Shown here: positions 25,741-32,000 of the stretch, one piece after another | Numbering within the stretch: the first letter of the stretch is position 1 | How the letters are laid out: every line of letters begins with the position of its first letter | Assembly (NCBI RefSeq): GCF_001306055.1 | Contig: NZ_LGHJ01000007.1 | Span: forward strand, 66,645-98,644 | Source of the DNA: Bellilinea caldifistulae | Lineage (GTDB): Bacteria > Chloroflexota > Anaerolineae > Anaerolineales > Anaerolineaceae | Direction: 5' to 3' | DNA length: 32,000 bases | Made by a program: the position numbers and the translations under genes | Notes under the pieces: model-generated | Told to the model about the DNA's origin: nothing | Seen by the model: the letters and a program-made list of their open reading frames with translations, nothing else | Databases searched by the model: none

Positions 25741-26841
25741 TTATGCCTTTTCTTGGATGATAAAGGGAATTGCCTCGCGAATCATTCCCCCGCCAATGAC
25801 TTCATCCCCTTGGTAAAATACTGCCCTTTGACCGGGGGTTACATCTCTCACGGGTTGCTCAAACTTTACGTGAACGCGATGATCATCCATGATTTCGATG
25901 ATTGCGGGGACGAAACGAGCCTTATATCGAATCTTGACCTCAGCGGAAAAGCAAACCGCAGGCGGATTCTCTTCTATCCAGTTTACACCTTCAGCAATCA
26001 AACCGCCAAACCGTAAATCGGTTTCTTTCCCCACAATTAAGAGATTCTCCTCGACCTTTTTGTCAACCACATAATAAGGATGCGGCAATTGAAGTCCTAA
26101 ACCTTTTCTTTGTCCAATTGTATAAAATCCCAAACCCTCATGCTCCCCCACTACTTGACCTCCGGTCGTAACGATTTTTCCAGGCCTGATCACGTCTGGC
26201 GCGTTTCGTCTAAGAAAATCTCGATAATCCTGACCCGCCAGGAAACAAAGATCCTGACTATCCTGCCGTTCCGCAACAGGCAAGCCAAAATCTCTAGCTA
26301 ATTGACGGACCTGGGGTTTTGTAAATTCTCCAACAGGTAACAGAGTGTGTTGCAATTGATCTTGACGAAGGACACTCAAAACGTACGATTGATCCTTGTT
26401 TTCATCCAGACCTTTTAGAAGCTTTACGGTTTTGCTATTGGCTACACGCAATCTTGCGTAATGACCGGTAGCCATTTTTTCAGCACCCATCGCCTGAACA
26501 TGTTTCCACATATAATCCCATCGGATATATCGGTTGCACAGAAGGCAGGGATTAGGGGTAATTCCTGAACGATACCCTTCAAAAAAATATTCCACCACAA
26601 CTTGCCTGAAAATTTCCTGAGCATTGATCGCGTAAAAGGGAATTTTCAATTGTGCAGCAACGCGTCGGGCTTGAGCCATGGAGTCGGGAGTACAACAGCG
26701 GTTGCTATCTTCTTTTCCCGGCTCGCTCCACAATCTCAGCATCACGCCAAAAACTTGATAGCCCTGCTCCTTAAGTAATGCAGCTGCAACCGAGCTATCC
26801 ACCCCTCCGCTCATTGCAATAGCAACTTTCACGTCCTTCAT
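25741..26841 (-). CDS. mnmA: tRNA-specific 2-thiouridylase (tRNA U34 2-thiolation)
   Basis: PP-loop 'VAIAMSGGVDSSVAA' is present, with conserved 'CCTPD', 'NPCLLCNRYIRW', 'ATGHYAR', 'KDQSYVL' and 'DSQDLCF'. The ATG lies 1 nt after the desulfurase stop. Confidence 0.95.
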   Translation of the reverse strand: MKDVKVAIAMSGGVDSSVAAALLKEQGYQVFGVMLRLWSEPGKEDSNRCCTPDSMAQARRVAAQLKIPFYAINAQEIFRQVVVEYFFEGYRSGITPNPCLLCNRYIRWDYMWKHVQAMGAEKMATGHYARLRVANSKTVKLLKGLDENKDQSYVLSVLRQDQLQHTLLPVGEFTKPQVRQLARDFGLPVAERQDSQDLCFLAGQDYRDFLRRNAPDVIRPGKIVTTGGQVVGEHEGLGFYTIGQRKGLGLQLPHPYYVVDKKVEENLLIVGKETDLRFGGLIAEGVNWIEENPPAVCFSAEVKIRYKARFVPAIIEIMDDHRVHVKFEQPVRDVTPGQRAVFYQGDEVIGGGMIREAIPFIIQEKA

Positions 26842-26842
26842 C

Positions 26843-28030
26843 TTATCGGCCTTTCAACTCTAACGACATTTTTCGGATTTTATGAACCAGTAACGGTAAT
26901 ACGCTTACAAATTTTTCGACATCTTCTTGAGTGGTATATTTACCAACCGTAACCCGCAAAGATCCAAGCGCTAAAGGTGGAGAAATACCCATCGCCAACA
27001 GTACTTCCGAAGGTTTTGGATCACCGGTTTTACAGGCCGATCCGGATGAACAGGCAAAACCAGCAGCATCCAGAAGAATCAATAACTGATTTCCATCAAC
27101 ACCCTCAAAAACAAAACTGGCGTGATTGGCCAACCGCAATGTCGGATGCCCTGTCAAGTGGGAGCCTTTGATATTATCTTGTACCGAGGAAATTATACGG
27201 TCGCGGAATTGAATCAAGGAGGCGTGTATTTTCAAGCCCTCAGTCTGAGCCAGCTCAAAAGCCTTTGCCATCCCAACAATGTAAGGCACATTTTGAGTGC
27301 CCGAACGAATTCCATTCTCTTGCCCCCCACCGGTCAACATGGGAAGTATGGGTGTGCCTTTTCGAATGAACAAGGCGCCAACCCCTTTTGGCCCATAAAA
27401 CTTGTGAGCGCCAAAAGCAGCCAGATCACACCAATCTTCGAGCCCCTTCAAAGGCAAATGAGCTGCCGACTGGACAGCATCTACATGAAAAGGTACCTGG
27501 TAATTTCTGCAAATTTGCCCTAACTCTGCTACCGGGTTGATCGTACCAATTTCGTTATTTCCGTGAATCACCGAAACAATTGCCACATCGCGGTCAATAA
27601 TTTTTTGGAGGTAATCAGGGTCAACCATTCCAAAGGAGTCAACCCGTAAAAATTCCAGGCGAAAACCAAAATGATCCGCCAGTTGTCGGGCAGTATGAGA
27701 AACGGCATGATGTTCAACCGGGGAAATGAGGATCCGATCTGCTCCGTATCTTAATTTCCGCTCGAATGCAACACCTCGTAGAGCCAGGTTATCGCTCTCG
27801 GTACCGCAACCGGTAAACACAATTTCACTGGAAGAAACCCCCAATAATCGGGCAATGGTTTCACGGGCACCCTCAAGAGCAGCTTCTGCTTCTTGACCGA
27901 AAATGTGAACCGATGATGGATTACCAAATTGTCGGGTGAAATAGGGAAGCATCGCCTCTACCACCCGATCATCTACTGGTGTTGTGGCCGCATAATCAAA
28001 ATAGATCTTATCCAAAGATGCATTCATCAT
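26843..28030 (-). CDS. Class V PLP-dependent cysteine desulfurase (IscS/NifS family; YrvO-like partner of MnmA)
   Basis: 'YFDYAATTP', 'TGCGTESDN', 'NNEIGT', the PLP-lysine region 'FGAHKFYGPKGVG' and the catalytic Cys loop 'SSGSACKTG' are present. ATG 28030 follows AGGA; the GTG at 28033 is the alternative start. Confidence 0.9.
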   Translation of the reverse strand: MMNASLDKIYFDYAATTPVDDRVVEAMLPYFTRQFGNPSSVHIFGQEAEAALEGARETIARLLGVSSSEIVFTGCGTESDNLALRGVAFERKLRYGADRILISPVEHHAVSHTARQLADHFGFRLEFLRVDSFGMVDPDYLQKIIDRDVAIVSVIHGNNEIGTINPVAELGQICRNYQVPFHVDAVQSAAHLPLKGLEDWCDLAAFGAHKFYGPKGVGALFIRKGTPILPMLTGGGQENGIRSGTQNVPYIVGMAKAFELAQTEGLKIHASLIQFRDRIISSVQDNIKGSHLTGHPTLRLANHASFVFEGVDGNQLLILLDAAGFACSSGSACKTGDPKPSEVLLAMGISPPLALGSLRVTVGKYTTQEDVEKFVSVLPLLVHKIRKMSLELKGR

Positions 28031-28059
28031 CACAATCCTAATTCAGACAATCCGTGTAG

Positions 28060-28068
28060 ATTATAGCA
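28060..28068 (-). promoter_or_regulatory. Extended -10 promoter element for the desulfurase-mnmA operon
   Basis: Minus-strand TGcTATAAT (rc of 28060-28068) lies about 30 nt upstream of the start codon. There is no good -35. Confidence 0.4.
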
Positions 28069-28090
28069 CGCTTATTCTTGGACATTTATT

Positions 28091-28118
28091 TTGTGTCTGA
28101 TTAATCACCTGTTATAAT
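28091..28118 (+). promoter_or_regulatory. Candidate promoter for the pgm-tatD-polyprenyl synthase operon
   Basis: TTGTGT (28091-28096), a 16-nt spacer, then TATAAT (28113-18), with TG at 28110-11 giving an extended -10 TGnTATAAT. Confidence 0.5.
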
Positions 28119-28168
28119 TGAAGGAGATTGTTATTATTCTCACATGCATCTTTCAGGAGGAGAACTCC

Positions 28169-29593
28169 ATGACGACAAAAATCAAGTTCGGAACCGATGG
28201 CTGGCGAGGTTTCATCGCCGAAGATTATACCTTTGCCAATGTTCGACGTTGCGCACAAGGATTTGCAAGTTACCTGATTGAAAAAGGTAAACACGGACAG
28301 AGTGTTGTCATCGGTCATGATAAGCGTTTTCTCTCAGAGAATTTCGCGCTGGCTGCCGCGGAAGTGATGTGTGGCAACGGGTTTAAGGTGTACTTAACTC
28401 AAACCGCTACACCGACTCCGGTGATTGCATTTTCTGTGGTCAATAAAGGCGCAGCAGGCGCTATCAACATTACCGCATCCCACAACCCTCCAACCGACAA
28501 TGGTTTCAAAGTTCGAGACGAACACGGGGGTGCCGTTGATCCGGAAGGTCTGAAGCAAATCGAGTCCTTAATTCCCGACTCAGAAACCAACGTGAAACGG
28601 ATTTCAGCAGAAGAAGCCGAAAAGAACCAGTTGCTGGTTCGTTTCGACCCAGCCCCAGCGTACATGGATCATTTGAAATCCCTGATTGATGTGCAGCCCA
28701 TTCGCGACGCTGGATTAAAAATCCTGGTTGATCCTATGTGGGGCAATGGAGCCGGTTGGTTTCCTCAAATTTTAGCCGGGGGTAAAACTCAGGTCATTGA
28801 AATTCACAACCAAAGAAACCCTATTTTCCCCGAAATGTCTCGTCCCGAACCCATTCCACCAAACATTGATGCCGGCTTGAAAGAAACTGTCAAACAAGGC
28901 GCGGATGTCTTAATTATCACCGATGGAGATGCTGACCGGGTTGGCGTTGGTGACGAAAACGGCCGCTTTATAAATCAGTTACAGGTTTACGCGCTGCTGG
29001 CATTGTATTTACTCGAGGTCAGAGGAGAGCGCGGGCCTATCGTCAAAACCCTTTCAACCACCAGTATGCTTGAAAAACTGGGGAAAATTTATAATATTCC
29101 CGTCTACGAAACAGGGGTGGGTTTCAAATATGTCGCTCCAAAATTCCTTGAAACCAACGCGCTAATTGGTGGTGAAGAATCGGGTGGTTATGCTTTCCGT
29201 GGTAATGTACCCGAAAGAGACGGAATCCTCGCCGGTTTATATATCCTGGATATGATGGTGCGTTTGAACAAAAAACCATCCGAATTGATTGATTTACTCT
29301 TTTCCAAAGTAGGTCCCCATTATTACGATCGGATTGACTCGCGATTTACCGGCGACCGAGCCGAAAAAGAGAAAATGATTCTTGAAGCGAAACCAACAAC
29401 GATTGGCGGCTTAAAGGTTACTGGTTTAAATACTACTGATGGTTTTAAATTCATGCTGGAAGACGGTGGATGGTTGCTGATACGATTTTCGGGAACAGAA
29501 CCGATCATCCGCGTATATTGTGAAACGACCCATCAAGATCGCGTAAAACCAATTTTGGAAGATGGCTTAAGACTTGTTGGGTTGCAAAAGTGA
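28169..29593 (+). CDS. Phosphoglucomutase/phosphomannomutase (alpha-D-phosphohexomutase superfamily)
   Basis: The active-site Ser loop '[14 protein letters not shown]', the metal loop '[10 protein letters not shown]' and the sugar loop 'GGEESGGY' are present. ATG 28169 has AGGAGG 8 nt upstream. The track start at 28118 lies within the -10 box and is rejected. Confidence 0.9.
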   Translation: MTTKIKFGTDGWRGFIAEDYTFANVRRCAQGFASYLIEKGKHGQSVVIGHDKRFLSENFALAAAEVMCGNGFKVYLTQTATPTPVIAFSVVNKGAAGAINITASHNPPTDNGFKVRDEHGGAVDPEGLKQIESLIPDSETNVKRISAEEAEKNQLLVRFDPAPAYMDHLKSLIDVQPIRDAGLKILVDPMWGNGAGWFPQILAGGKTQVIEIHNQRNPIFPEMSRPEPIPPNIDAGLKETVKQGADVLIITDGDADRVGVGDENGRFINQLQVYALLALYLLEVRGERGPIVKTLSTTSMLEKLGKIYNIPVYETGVGFKYVAPKFLETNALIGGEESGGYAFRGNVPERDGILAGLYILDMMVRLNKKPSELIDLLFSKVGPHYYDRIDSRFTGDRAEKEKMILEAKPTTIGGLKVTGLNTTDGFKFMLEDGGWLLIRFSGTEPIIRVYCETTHQDRVKPILEDGLRLVGLQK

Positions 29594-30399
29594 TCGTTTA
29601 TCAAGACACACATTGTCATTTGAACCTTAACCAATTTGATAATGATTTGGAGCAGGTCATCCAGCGAGCTCAGCAGCAAGGCGTTAACCGGATTCTAGTA
29701 CCTGGCATTGATATGGAGACCAGCCGGCGAGCGGTTGAACTTAGTGAAAAGTTTGACCCGGTTTTTGCTGCGATTGGGGTTCATCCCAACAATGCAACTT
29801 CGTGGGAAACTGGCAGCCTACCGGGCTTGCGAGAACTGTGCAGCCATCCAAAGGTAGTTGCCATTGGCGAAATTGGTTTGGATTACTACCGTGATTTTGC
29901 CGAGCCGACCCTTCAGATGGAAATTTTTACATCTCAACTGGATCTGGCATTGGAAACCTCTAAACCCGTAGTGATCCACAACCGAAATGCCTTACACGAT
30001 CTTATGCCCATTCTCTCCGAATGGGTAAGCAGATGGCATCGGTCGGATAAAACCCAAGGAAAAAAGCCGGGTGTTCTTCACGCTTTTGACGGTGACCTTG
30101 AAAGCGCCATTCAAGCCATCAATTTCGGTTTTTACATTGGAGTAGCTGGGCCGGTCACATTTTCCAATGCCAAAGAGCGCCAAAGAGTCACAAAAGCAAT
30201 TCCATTACAAGCGATGATTGCCGAAACCGATGCTCCCTATCTGGCGCCTCATCCTTTTCGCGGAAAGCGGAATGAGCCGGCATGGGTAAGTCTGGTTGTC
30301 CAAAAAATCTCAACGCTTAAAGGGCTTTCGCTGGAAGAAACTACCCTTACGCTAGTGGATAACGGTAACTACTTATTTGGATGGAGATCGTCTGATTGA
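29590..30399 (+). CDS. TatD-family metal-dependent hydrolase/DNase
   Basis: 'DTHCHLN', 'GVHPN', 'AIGEIGLDY', 'PVVIHNRNA', 'GVLHAF' and 'ETDAPYLAP' are present. The GTG start overlaps the pgm stop (GTGA). Confidence 0.9.
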   Translation: MIVYQDTHCHLNLNQFDNDLEQVIQRAQQQGVNRILVPGIDMETSRRAVELSEKFDPVFAAIGVHPNNATSWETGSLPGLRELCSHPKVVAIGEIGLDYYRDFAEPTLQMEIFTSQLDLALETSKPVVIHNRNALHDLMPILSEWVSRWHRSDKTQGKKPGVLHAFDGDLESAIQAINFGFYIGVAGPVTFSNAKERQRVTKAIPLQAMIAETDAPYLAPHPFRGKRNEPAWVSLVVQKISTLKGLSLEETTLTLVDNGNYLFGWRSSD

Positions 30400-31367
30400 G
30401 CACTACAACATCCTTTATCATTCCCGTACAGGAACAGATCCATCAAGTGGAGAACTTGATGGAATCTCAAGCCGAAGGTCACCATGCCGACTTACAAGCC
30501 GCCCTGAGGCATATAATTACATCCGGTGGAAAACGCATTCGCCCCACCGTCACTTTACTGGTTGGAAGAATGTTAGGCGCAGCGCAGGATAAGTTGATCA
30601 CACTGGCCGCGGCCATTGAACTGTTACATACCGCCACTCTTGTCCACGACGATTTGATTGACGGGGCACTTTTACGTCGCGGTATCCCGACTCTCAATTC
30701 GCAGTGGTCGCCTGGCGCAACCGTTTTAACAGGAGATTTTCTTTTTGCACGGGCAGCCAAACTGGCTGCAGATACCGAATCCATACCGGTAATGAGCCTG
30801 TTTTCCAGTACACTCAGCGTCATCGTCAATGGAGAAATTTCTCAACTGTTTTCCAGCCGCTGCCAGGCAGACCGGCAAGGCTATTATCAGCGAATTTATG
30901 CTAAAACCGCCTCATTGTTCGAAACATCAGCCACATGTGCTGCGTTGATCAGCCCTGTTACGGAAGAAACCATCCAGACCATTCGAACCTACGGCTTCAA
31001 TATTGGGATGGCTTTCCAGATTATGGACGACGTCCTTGACTTCATCAGCGACCCGTCCAAGTTGGGTAAACCGGTCGGGAGTGATTTAAAACAGGGTTTA
31101 ATCACCCTCCCCACCATTTACTACATCGAAAATCATCCAGAAGATGAAATGGTTCAACAAATTTTAGATGGGCACTGCCCGCATTATGAAGAAGAGATCC
31201 AGAGCCTGGTTGAGCGTATTCGCAACAGCCCGTCAATTGACCAATCTATTGCCGAAGCAGAACGTTATGTCAATGAGGCATTTTTGTGCTTACAAAAGTT
31301 ACCGCCTTGTCCTGAAAGAACTCACCTGGAAGAATTGACCCTTTACATTACCCGCCGGGAGCTTTAA
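30396..31367 (+). CDS. Long-chain trans-polyprenyl diphosphate synthase (hepta/octaprenyl type, quinone side chain)
   Basis: The first Asp-rich motif is 'LLHTATLVHDDLID', with a small residue (Ala) five positions before DD, which is the pattern of medium/long-chain enzymes. The second motif is 'FQIMDDVLDF'. The TTG start overlaps the tatD stop. Confidence 0.9.
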   Translation: MSTTTSFIIPVQEQIHQVENLMESQAEGHHADLQAALRHIITSGGKRIRPTVTLLVGRMLGAAQDKLITLAAAIELLHTATLVHDDLIDGALLRRGIPTLNSQWSPGATVLTGDFLFARAAKLAADTESIPVMSLFSSTLSVIVNGEISQLFSSRCQADRQGYYQRIYAKTASLFETSATCAALISPVTEETIQTIRTYGFNIGMAFQIMDDVLDFISDPSKLGKPVGSDLKQGLITLPTIYYIENHPEDEMVQQILDGHCPHYEEEIQSLVERIRNSPSIDQSIAEAERYVNEAFLCLQKLPPCPERTHLEELTLYITRREL

Positions 31368-31382
31368 CCCGAGACGAAAAAG

Positions 31383-31417
31383 GGGCTGTCTGGAAAGAAC
31401 ATCTAGGCAGCCCTTTT
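31383..31417 (+). terminator. Intrinsic terminator after the polyprenyl synthase gene
   Basis: 8-bp stem GGGCUGUC (31383-31390) / GGCAGCCC (31406-31413, one G-U pair) with a 15-nt loop, then UUUU. The large loop lowers confidence. Confidence 0.5.
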
Positions 31418-31431
31418 GGTAAGGAAAAACA

Positions 31432-31492
31432 GGTCAAATAAACCCGTTTTGACCAGCAAAAAAAATTGGCTGTTGATCAGGCAGCCAATTTT
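31432..31492 (-). terminator. Two tandem hairpins with U-tracts downstream of, and overlapping, the transposase stop
   Basis: On the minus strand, an 11-bp stem (31492-31482 / 31472-31462) is followed by a U-run. A 7-bp stem GGUCAAA/UUUGACC (31454-31432) is then followed by UGUUUUUCC. Confidence 0.4.
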
Positions 31493-32000
31493 CGTAGATT
31501 GTGGGCTATGCTTACCAGCCCCCACTCGGTTTTGACCTTCTCTAACCCGCGCAGGTGGAATCGCCGGAAAGCCATGTTGTGTTTGATCTGTCCAAAAACC
31601 GTCTCGACCTCAATCGAGCGTGCAGCGCGCAGCCGCTGTCCCTCCGCGCTGGTCAGGTTCTCGCGTGCTTTGCGGCGGTATTCCAGTAAGCGGAAGGAGA
31701 TGCGCATCTTGCGGTTGCCCGTGGCTCGGGTGCACTGGCTTCGCAGCGGGCATTCGGCACAGTCGAAACATTCGTAGGTGTGCCGCTGGCTCTGGTAGCC
31801 GTTGTCGCTGGTGTAGCGGGAGGTGTACTGAAAATGCAGGCGTTTGCCCGCCGGGCAGATAAAGGTGTCGCTAGCTGGGTCATAGGCAAAGTGTTCGGCA
31901 CGGAACTGGTGAGCCCGCAGCACCTGCGGGTTGCGGTAGCGGTGGGTATCCTGGTAGAAGGTGTTGTACTTGAGGAAGTTCTCGACATGGTGCTGCTCCA
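31477..32000 (-). mobile_element. IS1182/IS5-like DDE transposase gene, C-terminal part (reading frame open to the window edge)
   Basis: The translation ends '...FICPAGKRLHF...CFDCAECPLRSQC...RSIEVETVFGQIKHNMAFRRFHLRGLEKVKTEWGLVSIAHNLRKLAA', the typical C-terminus of IS1182-type transposases. The frame upstream of the track's GTG at 31923 has no stop up to 32000 ('EQHHVENFLKYNTFYQDTHRYRNPQ'). G+C is much higher than in the neighbouring genes. Confidence 0.75.

Noticed and set aside
28118-28168. 17-codon N-terminal extension of the phosphohexomutase ORF
   Set aside because: It starts with TTG inside the predicted -10 box. ATG 28169 has a perfect AGGAGG 8 nt upstream and gives the canonical 'KFGTDGWRG' N-terminus.
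31620-31988. 80-aa (plus) and 111-aa (minus, alternate frame) ORFs within the transposase region
   Set aside because: They are Ala/Arg/Pro/Ser/Thr-rich products typical of off-frame translation of high-GC DNA. The frame ending '...HNLRKLAA' carries the transposase motifs.
1-32000. Search for CRISPR arrays, rRNA or tRNA genes, toxin-antitoxin pairs, restriction-modification or other defence genes, and prophage structural genes
   Set aside because: I saw no regularly spaced direct repeats and no non-coding stretch longer than about 490 nt. Every sizeable ORF has a housekeeping or metabolic assignment except 14075..15826, so the window is not a defence island.

Overview
This is a 32-kb, almost fully coding chromosomal window with about 30 genes and moderately low GC. 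My unverified impression is a Chloroflexota/Anaerolineae-like bacterium, but I cannot assign taxonomy without a database search. Layout: (1) 8..8722, minus strand: an eight-gene glycan cluster. In transcription order it encodes a polyprenyl-phosphate glycosylphosphotransferase, a GalE-like epimerase, an HddA-like GHMP heptose kinase, a GmhA-like SIS domain fused to GAF, a hexapeptide acyltransferase, a membrane GT2, a B12-binding radical SAM enzyme and a small carrier protein. (2) 8747..9207: an AT-rich non-coding spacer carrying the likely cluster promoter. (3) 9208..19775, minus strand: ten tightly packed genes centred on glutamate. They are an amino-acid ABC transporter (SBP, permease, ATPase), a eukaryotic-type citrate synthase, an uncharacterised 583-aa HprK/PEPCK-like P-loop protein, proB-proA and pxpB-pxpC-pxpA. 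A promoter, a structured leader and an intrinsic terminator precede them. (4) Plus strand: rplY (Ctc-type bL25) with a clear promoter and terminator, then a PAS-GAF-PAS-PAS-GGDEF-EAL protein. (5) 23969..28030, minus strand: a tRNA-modification operon encoding a cysteine desulfurase, MnmA, a small membrane protein, TrmI and a CoA-type Nudix hydrolase. (6) Plus strand: phosphogluco/mannomutase, TatD and a long-chain polyprenyl synthase. (7) Right edge: a GC-rich IS1182/IS5-like transposase fragment that runs off the window. I found no rRNA, tRNA, CRISPR array, or recognisable defence or toxin-antitoxin island. This is mostly housekeeping DNA. The items I consider most likely to be undescribed are the terminator/antiterminator leader RNA upstream of the ABC-glutamate operon, the HprK-like orphan protein, the SIS-GAF fusion, and the radical-SAM plus carrier-protein pair in the glycan cluster. 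All protein calls rest on motif recognition by eye; no searches were run.
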